From positions 11,224,001 to 11,288,000 of the forward strand of contig CM052817.1 of NCBI GenBank assembly GCA_028534125.1: a DNA stretch of 64,000 nt, written 5' to 3'. Position numbers and translations under genes: made by a program. Below the pieces are notes generated by a model. That model did no database searches. It was not told where the DNA came from and worked only from the letters and a program-made list of their open reading frames with translations. Positions 1-12,360 of this stretch are shown piece by piece; positions within the stretch are counted from its first letter, which is position 1; each line of letters begins with the position of its first letter. Source of the stretch: Lama glama (Eukaryota).

Positions 1-552
1 GATGCCAGGACAGCACAGCAAAGTGGTTGGGAGCATGGGCACCAGTGCCAGGCTGCCCAGGTTCACGCTCCAGCCCTGCAGTGCTGCTGCGCGGCCCTGC
101 GCGAGCTCTTTAACCTGTCTGGGCTCCCTCACCTCAACATGCGGTTCATACTGGTCCCTTTCACATGGATTGTTACAGGATTAATAGGGCAAATATCTAA
201 AAACGCTTAACACTGTGTCTGGCACATAGTAATAATCATATAAAGAACTGACCAAACGTTTAAGAAAGAGAGGTTTCTTTCTCTGAATCTTAATTCTCAA
301 AAAAGTTATCCTCAACTTTTTTGAAGACGTGCTAAACATAATCGTATTTAAGGAGCAGTAAAGGGGAGATACCTTGGTCTGAGCTCTGGGTACGAAACAA
401 ACCAAGGGTTAGGAGACAGCCGGAGGTGATCAACAGTCACCCAGTCTAGAGCAAGGGTGACAAATGGCGGTAGCAGATCGGAGGTGTGGAATAGGTAAAC
501 TCTCCCTCACGATCCCTGGGGAGGGGACTGGACTTTCTCCCAGGGCCCAGTC

Positions 553-3500
553 ATTTTTTTTAAATGTTATATTGAGGTAAAGTTTACAGTAGTGAAGTGC
601 ACAGACCTCATGTGTACAACTGAATGAGCTTTGACAAATGTACACAACCATAATACCAACACTTCAGTCAAAATATAGAACATTTTCATCACCCAGAAAC
701 CTCCCTTGCATCCTCTTCCAGTCAATCTGCCATCCATCGGCAGCCAAGGCTTTGATTTGCATCACCACAGATTAGTTTTGCCTGATCTGAAGCATCATAC
801 AGGCAGAATCATGTGGTACATACTCTGCTGTGTCTGACTTCTTGGGCCATACATGATGTCTCTGGGACTCAACCATGCTGTTGTAAATGTCAGTAGTTCC
901 ATTTTTGTTGCTGAGTAGTATTTCATTACATGAATTTACCATGATTTGTTTACCCACTTTCCTACTGATAGACAGTTCAATTCTTTACACTTTAGTATGA
1001 ATAAAGCTGTCAGAAATATTCTTGTACAAATATTTTCATGGATACATGTTTCCATTTCTTTTGCTTAAACACCTAGGATTGGAATTACTGGTAGGTATAC
1101 ACTTAACTTTTTAAGAAACTAATAAATGGTTTCCCAAAGTGGTTGCACCATTTTATACTCCCACCGACAATGCATGAAAGTTCCAGTTGCTCTTCATCAT
1201 TGGCAGCATTTTGTGTTGTCAGTCTTTTCATTTTAGCCACTCTGGTAGGTGGGAAATGGTATCTCATTGTGGTTTCAAGTTGCACTTTGCCGATGACTAA
1301 TGACGTTGAGCACACATTCATGGGCTTATGGACCATTTTATATCTTTTTTATGGAAGTGTCTCTTCAAGCATTTTGCCCATTTAAAAAGTAGGCTGGCTT
1401 TTTATTGTTGATTTATATAGGTCAGTGGCTTGTCTATTCATTTTCTCAGTGGTATTTTTTAATAAGCAGAAATTTTAATTTGGATGAAGACCAATTTATG
1501 AATTTTTTCTTTATTAGTATTTCCATTCCTAAGAAATCATTTCCTACTCCAAATTTGCAACAATATTCTCCTATGCATTATAGTTTTAGCTTTTATGTTT
1601 AGATCTATGAAACAAATTAATTTTTATGCATAGGGTGAAGCAGAGGCTGATGTCCATTTTTTCTCATATGTTTATGAGTTCTAACACCATTCGTTGGAAA
1701 ACTTTTCCTCTCTCCATTGAATTGCTTCAGCACCTTTAACAAAAATTAATTGGACATCTTTGAGCAGGCCTATTTCCAGGCCCTCCATTATTTACCACTG
1801 ATCTATTTGCCTATCTGTACATTGATATCAGATAGTCTTTATTACTCTAGCTTCATTGTGTCTTGAAATTAGGAAAGTTTAAGTCCTCCAGCTTTGTTCT
1901 TCAAGATTTTTTTCTTTATCTAGCTCCTTTGTTTTTCCATATCTATATTCAAGCAGCTTATTTACTTCTATAAAAAGAAATATTGGGATTTTATAAGGGA
2001 TTGAACTGAATCTATAACTTAATTTAGAGTAAATTAAGATCTTAACAATATTGAGTATTTCAATCATGATCATTCTGTCTGTAAATAAAAACATTTTTAC
2101 TATTCCTTTTTAATTTGTAGTCTTTTTTTCTTGCTTTATAGGACTGGCTAGGACCTTCAGGTCAATGTTACATAATAAGAGCAGAATTTTTGCCTTTTTC
2201 CCAATTTTAGGCGGTATGTGTCCAACATTTCACTGTTAAGCATGTCAGTTTATCATATCACAGTTCATCACAGATGACATTTCTCAGGTCGAAGAAGGTG
2301 TCTTCTATTCATGGATTGCAGAGTTTTCATCATGAAAGGATGTTAACTTGTCAAATGCTTTTGTGCATCAGTTGAAATGATTATATATTTTTCCTCTTTA
2401 TTTTTAATGTGGTGAATTATATAATTGCCTTTCAAATTTCAAACCAATCATGGATTCCTGGAATAAATTCTATTTGGCTATGATGTATTATTCTTTTTCT
2501 ATATTGCTTGATTTGATTTTCAAACATTTTGTTGAGGATTTTCCATTCATGAAGAATATTAGTTTGTCTATATTGATGAATGTTCTATGTGCCTTGAAAA
2601 AACTTTATTCTGTAGTTGTTCAGCATATTGTCTATATCAATTAGACTAAGTTAGTTGATAGTGTTGTTCAAATCTTCTATGTCCTTACTGATGTTAGTCT
2701 AGTTGTTCAATCAAATACTCAGAAAAGGGTGTCAAAATCTCCAGCTATGGTTGTAGGTTTCTTCATTTAATTCTCTCAGTATTTGCTTCATTATCTTTAA
2801 AGCTCTGTTACTAGGCAATACACATTTAGGACTGTTATGTCTTCCAGATGAACTGACCCGTTTACCACTATGAAACATCTCTTTTTAATTCCTGGTAAAA
2901 TTCCTCCTTCTGAAGTCTACTCTAATATGAATACAGCCATATAAGCGTCCTTACGTTTCATATTTGCATGGTATGTCCTTAGCCTTTTTAGCTCAAACCT
3001 ATCTGTGCCTGCATTAGGGCTGCCATAACAGAACACCACAGACTGGGTGGCTTTAAAAGCAGAAATTTGTTTTCTCATAATTCTGAAGGCTAGAAGTCCA
3101 AAATCAAAGTGTCAGCAGGTTTGGTTTTTCTAAGGCCTCTGTTCTGAAGCTTGCAGATAGCAAACTTCCGTCACCGTGTCCTCATGTGATTGCCCCTCTC
3201 TCTGTGTTACCAGTGTGCTTATCTCCTCTTCTTATAAGGACGCCAGTCATCTTGGGTCAGGACCACCCAATGACTCTGTTTTAACTCAATCACCCTTTTA
3301 AAGTCCTACCTCTAAATACATTCACATTCTAACACATTGGGTGTTAGGGCTTCCCGTGTGAATTTGAGGGGGTGCACCATTCAGCCCATAACAGTGTCTT
3401 TATACTTAAACATCTCTCCCCCAGACAGCACATATTAATGTCTTGCTTTTTTATCCTCTCTAGAAATCTCTTTCTTTTAGATGACGTGTTTGCTTCACTT

Positions 3501-5790
3501 ACCTTGTAATTATTAAAATGATTTGGCTTAAATCTACATCTTCCTCTTTGTTTTCCATTTGCCCAATTCCTTTTCTTATAGTTCTTCTTCTGTTCTTCTT
3601 TTTCTACCTTCCTACCTAACAAATATTTTTTAGTATTCCATTTTAGTTCTTTGACTGGGTTTTTAAGCTCTTCTTTGTATTAATGTTTAATATTGCTCTA
3701 TGGATTATAATGTATATCCCTAATTTATCACAGTCTACTTAGAGTTAATATTGTAACTCTTCATATAAAATGTAAGTCCCTTATAACACTATAATCCCAT
3801 TAATCCTATCCCTGTCCTCTGTACTAGTGTGGCCATATATTATTCAACTACCTGCATTATGAACTCCATAATGTTTTTATTACTATTAAGCAATTAGATG
3901 TCTCTTAAAGAAATTAACAGAAGGAAAAACAGTAGTTTTTTACATTTACTATACACCTACCAATTCTGATGCGCCTTCATTTTCTCTTGTTGATCCAAGT
4001 TTAAATTTGATATTATTTCCTTTCAGCTTTAATAAATTCCATTACCATTTATCTTATTTCATCTTGGCTGATAAAAAAATTCTCTTAGCTTTTATGTACC
4101 TGAAAAAGTTTTATTTCACTCTCATTTTTGAAGGCTATTTTCCCTAGGTTTAAATTTGGACTTGACAAGTTTTTGGGTTTTTTTTTTTTCTTTTAGTACT
4201 TTAGTGATACTGCTCCACAGTGTTCTGGCTTTCAGAAGAAAATGAGGCAGGAAGGCTGATGAGAAGTCACTTGTCATCTGTATTCATGAGAAGTCAACTC
4301 TCCCTTGTATTTAATTTCTCTTTTTAAAAAGCTGTCTGCTTTTTAAGATTTTGGGGGAGATATATTTTGCTTTCAGCAGATTTTCTATGATGTATCTAGG
4401 CATTGTTGTCTTTGAATTTATCCTATGGGGAGTTCACTGAACTTCTTGACTATGTAAATTGATGTCCCACAACAAGCTGGGGGAATTTTCAGTCATTATT
4501 TTTCCAAATATTTTTTCTTGTTCCATTTTCTTCCCTTTTTTTCTCTTGGGCTCCAAATGTATGCATATTAGGCCCACAAGTCACTAAGAGTTGCTACATT
4601 TTTTAAAAATCTTTTTTCCCTTCATTCTCTGGACAAGACAGTTTCTACTGATCTGTCTTCAAGTCATTAACTTTTCTTCCATAACTTTAATTTGCTGTTA
4701 AGCCTATTCACCGAGGTTTTCATTTTAGCTATTGTACTTTACGTTTTAGAATTTCCACTATTTCAAGGTTTTCACTTCTCTGCTGAAATTCCCTATTTGC
4801 TCACTAATTGTAACAATCTTTTCTTTTATGTCCTTGAACATAACTCCTACAATTGCTTTAAAGTCCTTGTCTGTTAAATTCCACTATCCAGGTCACTTTA
4901 GGGCTTGCTTCTATTGGCTTTTTTTCTTGATTACCAGTCACATTATTCTGCTTTATTGCTTGTTTCATAATGTTTCCATCAAATGCTCAATATTGTAGAT
5001 AATAGAATGTAGGGACTCTGGGTTATGTCTTCCTTTCTAAAGTGTTAAGTTTTGTTATGGCAGGCAGTTAAATTACTGAAGGCTCTTTCTGATCCTTTCA
5101 TGCTTGGATTTGTCTCTTGTTAGAGCAGGTACATTTCAACATTGTCTTTTGTTCTAGGGTGTGGTCCTTATCCTATAGGGTATGTTTCTTACTCCTAAAG
5201 TGTGACTTTTCTGAGGTCTCTACTAAATGTCTATGGAGATTAGAAAGGCCTTTTAATTCTGGCTAAGCTGGGACTCCAGTGCCTCCCAGCACTGCATGAC
5301 CTCTGGTATCTCCATTTTTCTCAGCCCCATGGCAGCAGCCCACTCCTAGGATTCATGGAGTCTCATCTTGTACATGCTCACTCAAGCCCTTGGCAAGGAC
5401 CTGTGGAAACTCTCATAGATTTCTGCCCTCTCTCCCCCCGCATAGGATTCTCTCTTTTGGTGCCCTGTCTTACAAATGCCAGCCTCTTTAGCAGCCTTGA
5501 GCCTGGATATCTGCCTCCTCAGCCCAGCCTGCCTCCACTGGATGATTCTCGGCATGTGGTTGGCACTGTCTCCAGGCAGAAAGGCAGGAGAAAATGTGGG
5601 GTGATCGTGGGATTCAGTGCATGTTTCCCTTCTGAAGAACACTGTCCTACTCTGCATAGCATCTCATTACTCAAGAGAGCCGTCTCATTTACTTTGTTCA
5701 GTTTTAGAGTTGTTTCTAGAAAGAGGGAAACTCTAGTACCAGTTACTCTGTGTTGGCTGGAAGTGGACGTTTCAGTTATTACCGAGTATT
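553..5790 (-). mobile_element. Old degraded LINE-1 (L1MB/MC/ME-like): 3' UTR, ORF2 and ORF1-region remnants, interrupted by an MLT1 LTR
   Basis: T-tract then typical L1 3' end (ttatattgaggtaaagtttacagtagtgaagtgcacagacc) at ~553. T-rich antisense L1 sequence throughout. ORF 1103..1336(-) TTMRYHFPPTRVAKMK...WCNHFGK resembles the ORF2 C-terminus. Confidence 0.85.
3010..3393 (-). mobile_element. MaLR solo LTR (MLT1A/B/C-like) nested in L1
   Basis: agggctgccataacagaacaccacagactgggtggc...ctagaagtccaaaatcaaagtgtcagcagg...attcagcccataaca. 5-bp TSD gtgcc/gtgtc. Confidence 0.85.
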
Positions 5791-7113
5791 AAAAGAGAAA
5801 TTGACCTTGGAAAAGTAAAAGACCTGTGGAATTTCATGTTGCACATAAGAACAGCTGCCCTAAGTTGACATGTGTTTAAAAGTATGATTTCTGGAGCCAG
5901 AGAGACTATCATCTGGATGCTGTCATCTGCTGGTGTGTAACCTTGGGCAAGTTACTTAACCTCTCTGGTCCTCAATTTCCCTCATCTTTAAAATGAAGTA
6001 GGTAAGTCAATAACAGTATCACCTAAAGAAGATTAAATGGGTTAATCCTTTAAGTGTGCTTGTCATACTCCAACATTCAGTATATATTTTTATCATCATC
6101 CTTATTTCCTGGAACACCAATGGGAATTTCTGTCTGACTGCATTTTATTGCCCCCAGCTCCCTCCTATCATAAAAATCTGATCCTAGCTCTCACAAAGCA
6201 AGCCATAGCTGACTCTCTTCACTTCCCTGCCCCCATTAAAGTTGATTCTAACCTGCTACCCCCCACAACCTTAAATTAATAGCCAAAGGAAAAGCCACCA
6301 CTCTCTTAAAGCCACCATGCCAGAAGTTCCCTGACAAGCATCCTTCAAGGGGTTACCTACTAAATATGAAGTCCCATCCCTAAAGAAACCAATGCATTTG
6401 TTCTGTCCTGCAGTCTCCGACCTTAGCTCTTTCTATTCCTTTCTCATCACTGCTCAGCCCTTCCACCCCAACTAAAACCTCTGTGAAAGAAGCCTCCAGA
6501 CACCACAATTCCTTGTCTGCTTCTACAGTTGAGGAATCCCCTTACCAATATAGCTACCTGTGAGAAAAAGACGTTGTTGTTGTGACCACCACCTGGTGTT
6601 GGTCTTCCCAGCATTCTCTCCCTGGGGAAGCCATTCCTCTTTCCGTGGTGATCCTGTTTAGTTCACAAGATTCCAGTGCAGCTAACTGTGCCCTCATCTC
6701 CAGGTGGACCCAGGGAAGCGCCTTTGACACATACCTGGCCCATCAGAGCCAGGCATCTCCTTGGCCAGAATGATGGGCTCAGGGATGGACACGTGACCCA
6801 GGCTGGGCTCCTTAGAAGCCTCTCTGAAATTCCTGCCAGTATTTTCAGGGTAAAGATTATCTGTTTCCCTTTGAAACTATGGGTTTTAAACAGGATTTGT
6901 GACTGCCAGTTGTAAGTGACAGTACCAGCACTTAGTCTGGAGGCCTGACCCCAGAGTCTGATCCTTTAACTGCTGTGGTTACATACCTCATAGATCCTGA
7001 GACAGAATCTGGAGGGAGCTGTGCAAGTCTTATTAGCTGGAGAGCTCCCTGCACTGTAAGGTGCTTGACCCTGCCATTGACATGCCTTAGGGGTGCAGGC
7101 TCTGCTTCCTCAA

Positions 7114-7472
7114 TGCTATGTTCTGAATCTTTCTGTCCCCTCAAAAGTCGTACTTTGGAGCCTATTGCCCAATATTATTAAGAAATGAGGCCTTTGTAAG
7201 GTGATTAGGTCATGACGGTGAAGCTCTCGTGAATGGGATTAATGCCTTTATAAAAGGGGCCCTAGACAGCTCCCTTGCCCCTTCCACCTTGTGAAGATAC
7301 AGTGAATGATGCCTTCTATGAGCCAGAAAGTAAGCCTGTATCCATCACAGAATCTGCCATCACCTTGACCTTGGATTTTCCAGCCTCCATTCCTGTGACA
7401 AGTAAATTTCAGTTGTTTATAAGCCGCCCAGTCTATGGAATCTTGCTAAGCAGCCCAGATGGACTATGGCTA
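7114..7472 (+). mobile_element. MaLR solo LTR (MLT1A0-like)
   Basis: tgctatgttctgaat...gtgattaggtcatga...gaatgggattaatgcctttataaaag...ccttggattttccagcctcc...gcagcccagatggacta. Confidence 0.85.
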
Positions 7473-7663
7473 CCCACTGCTTAGAGAGCTGCCAGATGGG
7501 AGCAGGGCTTCCCTGTCATCTGTCAGGACCGCATACAAGCTGCTTATTAATGTGGGGCAGTGGATTATAACTGTGGTGGCCTCAGAGTCACCTGGGAAGC
7601 TTCCTCAAAACACACGGGGCTGGGATGTACCAAGACCTCCTGTATCAGAATCTTGTGAGCTGG

Positions 7664-8502
7664 TGTGACAGACTGTAACTGTTCAGCAAATCTTCACTCT
7701 TCCCTTCCTCTGCCTTCTGTGGTCTATGAACTGAATTGTTTCTCCCAAAATTCACATGTTGAAGCCCTAATCAGCAATGTGATCATATCTGGAAATGAGG
7801 GCTCTGAGAGGTAATTAGGTCATGAGGGGGAGCCCTCACGGTGAGATCAGTGCCCTTATAAGAGACACAGGAGGGACCTCCCTGCAACACCAACTGCCGC
7901 CTCTCTCGTCTCCACATGAGGACACATCAAGAGGATGGCCCCGTGCAAGCCAGGAAGAGAGCTCTCACCAGGAACTGATAGGGCCACCCCCTTGATCTTG
8001 GACTTCCCAGCCTCCAGAACTGTGAGACATCATCCTCTGTAGTTTAGGCCACTCAGTGCACGGTACTGTTATAGCTGCCCAGGCTGACTAAGACATGTGG
8101 GGGGCCTAGTCTCTGCCCAGGGATATTAGTTTTTGTCATGTGACTCACTTTGGCCAATGGAATGTGGGTAGAAATGAGAGAGTGCAGTTCTGAGTGTAGG
8201 CTGTAAGAGGCATTGTATGATTCCATCAGCTTTTTTGATCTTCTTCCCTTTACCATGACAACAACATGCCCTAGATAGAGGCTAATCCATCAGTCTCAGA
8301 CCCAGAATGAGAAGGCATCTGGAGCGGACTTAAACTCTACCCGTGGTTTGGGGCAGAGCAATAACACCTGACTGTCAGCCAGGAGCTAACCTTATATAAG
8401 GCCAGCAAAGCTTAGCAGAGCCAAGAATAAAGATAGCTGACCTATTAGTTAATCACTGGTATTTTGGAAATGTTTGTTACAGTAGCATAAGCTGACTAAT
8501 AC
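7664..8502 (+). mobile_element. Older MaLR LTR (MLT1H-like) split by a younger MLT1A-like LTR
   Basis: gtcatgtgactcactttggccaatggaatgtgggtagaaatg and terminal gttacagtagcataagctgactaataca. The 5' part is at 7664-7717. Confidence 0.7.
7723..8095 (+). mobile_element. MaLR solo LTR (MLT1A/B-like) nested in an older MLT1
   Basis: aaaattcacatgttgaagccctaa...gatcttggacttcccagcctccagaactgtgaga...ctgactaagaca. Perfect 5-bp TSD tgtgg at 7718-7722 and 8096-8100. Confidence 0.88.
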
Positions 8503-8775
8503 AGGGAATAAGGTGGGCGATTTCCCCTTGGTGACAAAGCTCCTTCATCTCCCTTACTTAGTTGAAGAAGAGTGAGCAGAGGTTTTAGGGTCAGTCCAGA
8601 TCTGTCTGAATTGTGGGCAGTTTATTAACCTTTTTGAGTCTCAGGTTATTAATCTAAGAAATGGCCTCTCTGGGTTGATGTGACAATTAAATAAGATAGT
8701 TTATGTAAAGCCCACAGCTATGCTGAAGACATACAAGCCATGTCTGTTCCCTCCCTAAGCATCATGCAGGGGTCA

Positions 8776-8982
<207 letters not shown>

Positions 8983-11249
8983 CTAAGGCAAAACAGGTGC
9001 AAGATGAGATTCAGTACAGTTCCCTGAGTCAACCTGTGATTTATTAAATCACAGAGCGGAGAAGAGGAGCCCCCAGCAATCCGGTGTCAGTGCCCGGCTC
9101 CCAGGCCTAGGACGGAGGCCTGTGATGACTCGATGCCGAGCACAGTGCCTGGTTTAGGAGCGGTGTCAGCCCTTGTCCCTGGACTCTGTTTTCCAGTCTG
9201 CCAAGCATGTCACACAGCTGGCAAAACTAGAGCACGGAGAGAGGAAGTAGCTTATCCAGGGTTCCCATCAGTGAATAGCAGAAATGAAGTGCAGTCAGGG
9301 AACCTGACCCTGGGGCTAGTGTGGGGACAGAGGACAGGGCCAGCAACAGTCACTGGTCCACACGTGTGAGCAACTGGTATTGTTATTATACCCATTTTAC
9401 AGGTGGCACTGCTCTGTCTCATCACACAGGATCTGAAAACATGGAACCTGGCCAGAGGCATTGAGAAGTGGGATGTGGTGGGAGGACAATATGGAAACCC
9501 TGAATTAATAATGAGGTTTGGAATTTTCTCTCAATTGAATTTGTTCATTATTATTTCCCCTTTCCACAGAGTCTAAAATGTGAAAAAGACTTTCTTATTT
9601 TGATTTTTCTACTTGGTATAGCAACCACTGTCCAAGGAAAACAGTATAATAAGACAGGCAAGGAACAGATTTCTTTGTTGAGAAATCTCATTTTATAATA
9701 ATAAATCGCAACCTAGCTTTTCCACTAACCGCTTGCATGGCCTAGAGCCAGTCTCTTTTCCGGACCTGAGCCACATCAGCTGTAAAGCAAAGGGGTTGGT
9801 TCCATCTGTGGTTTTTAAACCATGTTCTAGGGACCCTGGGAGATGTCTGAGGGGCCCTTCGCAGCGGAAGAGGGCAGAGCTGAGGCTGGAGGATGGGGCC
9901 TTGGGCTCCAGTCCCCCTTAACCTGGAATAAAAACTGCTTTGGTTGCCTTCCCAGTACTCAAATGTCTATTAAAGGCCACCAATGTCAAGGCCAATGATG
10001 ACCTCCACGTGGCCAAACCCAGTGGGCACTCCTTGGGCCTCAGCTGAATGGACCTCCCTGCAGAACTGGAAACCTCCGATCACTCCTTCCTGCATGCAGC
10101 CCCCTCTCGTGGGTTTCCTCCTCCGCTAAAGCTTCCTCCTCTCCTGCCCCAGACCTCAGTCCTTGGACTTCTCCTTTGTCCTGGGCCATGGGCACGTTTG
10201 GCTCTATGATAAAAGATGCCGGACTCTCCCGCAGGTCACCTGTACCATCAAAGTTGGAGCTTCGTTGGCCTCAGAAGCCGACACTGTTCAAGTGCAGCCT
10301 CATGGGCTGCATTCATCCTTGGTCTTTCTCGTTCCCCGTCTGTCCTTCTCTCCTTCTGACTGCCAGCCAGCCCTGCTTTAGGCCCACTTTAAACCCCACA
10401 CCAGATTCAGGAGCAATAGCTGAACATAAAGTATTTAAGTGGCTCCCACAATTACACCAGGTCATTTCCTAAAATGAATGCCATATTCCATATCATTTCT
10501 ACTTATCTGTTTCTCTGAACTGATGAATCCTTTAATCTCCAGACCCCACTGATGCTTCAAAGCCCTAGTGAACTGTCCCTTCCTCCAAGAAGCCTTCACA
10601 GTCTCTTTTGCTGCAATTGTACTCTTTCTTCTTGAAGTTCCCACAACAGTTATTTTGGTACCATAATTTGTTCACAGATACTTCTTGGTCATTTACTAGG
10701 TGCCAGGCACTGTTCCAGGGACACAGAAAGAAACCAGACAGACAGAAGTTTTCCTGCTTTGTATTATTACAGGAGTGTTCTCTCTCTCCCTTCCTGGAAC
10801 ATAAATGAAGGTGAAAGTAATCCCAGATGTAGTGTTCAAAGTCCTACAGCCGGTAACTGAGAACGCTCAGCATGGCCATCCTCCATTGCCTGAACTGCCT
10901 CTTCAGTGTTTGTAACTGGACACTGAAGTCCGGCTGGTTGACACGTGCTAGCTGCAGGGCCCAGTGAGTTTGGCTCACTGCTGTGCACTTTCAGAAATGG
11001 TGCCACTGCCCAGCCTACAACCTTCACACGGATCCAAGGCTAAAAGGTCCACCTCTGCCTTGTACTTTCAGGTATTTGGGGCATTAAAGTGTCTTGGAGA
11101 TCTCCAATTCTTATAAAGTCCAGAAGTAAAGATCATAGTCTAAACAGAAGAGCTTTGTGAGACACAGGTTATAAACACACATTCTGTATAATGTGGGGGG
11201 AAACTGCACAGTGAATGTGGAAGAACCACCAAAAATCAGAATAACATAA

Positions 11250-12360
11250 TACTACAGCATAAATATACACATGATAATCAAAGTTAATTAGGTCCAGGTT
11301 TCAAAAGGAAAATTTAAAGTTACAGGGAAATTTTGGTAAATAGAAAGCACAAGCTATGTCGGCCAAAACAATCCTAGTGGTACCAGCAATCACAGTAAAC
11401 AAGAAGAAGTGACTTAGTTCCACACGGATATCCCCATCCTGGTAAAGGGAATCATTCCCTAGAACCCTCTAATAGTGAACCTGTAGGCACCAAACAACAG
11501 AGACTGAAAACATAAGGCAAAATATTCAGGAATGTAGGGAGAAATGGGCAAATTTATAACTATAATGGGGGATTGTAATAAACACCTCTCAGAGACACAA
11601 ATCAGGTACACAAAATGAGCTAGGATGTGGAAGATCTGAACAAGATTACTGAGCTAAACTTAACAGCTAAAAAAGAATACTTATCACTGCTAACATTTAT
11701 ATGATGCTTAGTGTGTGCCAGGCCCTCAAGACTATAACGTGGGTATCATCCCATTTTAAAGATGATGAAACTGAGGAGGAGTTATGCAGGAGAGGGTCTG
11801 TAACTTACCCAAGGTCATACTGGTCACATCACAGAACCAGAATTCAAATCTATATACTCTAACAACCAATCCGAGAATATATGCTTTTTCTCTATCACAC
11901 AGAAAACATTTTTAAGAACTGACCCCACAGCAGGCTACAAACAGATCTCAGCACAGACCATACTACCTAATGACAATGCAATAAAATTAGAAAACAATAA
12001 GAAAGAAGGTTTAAAAAAATGAGATAAACTTCAAAACACTGGGATACTGATCAAGACATACACTTAGAGGGACATTTACAGCCTTAAATGTATTTATTAG
12101 AGAATAGTCAAGAAGTTAGAAAAAGAATAACATAATAAACCCAAAGTAAGTAGAAGGAAAGAGTTATGAAAGACAAAATTAATGACAGAAAAAAAATAGA
12201 TCTGACCAATACATCTGAAAGCTGGCTTTTTGAAAAGACACATCAAACTACGGGTAAGACTGAGCAAGGCAAAAGGGAGAAGGAACTTACAGCAACATGA
12301 ATAATAGACAAAAATCTCATGACAGTCATGGAGATGAAAAAGAATTTCAAATGTGCTCTG
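11250..12360 (+). mobile_element. Degraded L1 ORF2 (endonuclease-region) fragments with an embedded MIR (~11690-11860)
   Basis: A-rich L1-like motifs (aatgcaataaaattagaaaacaataa, acttagagggacatttacagccttaaatgtatttattaga). MIR core cccattttaaagatgatgaaactgagg...aacttacccaaggtcatac. Confidence 0.65.

Noticed and set aside
181..405. Minus-strand ORF containing TKV and KIQR, superficially like FAM184B exon 9
   Set aside because: The rest of the peptide does not match the recalled exon 9 (TKVLLKEGSDPQPPLG...EEDWQSQKAKLQAQ), and the nearest acceptor is not phase-compatible with exon 8. Exon 9 is probably left of the window.
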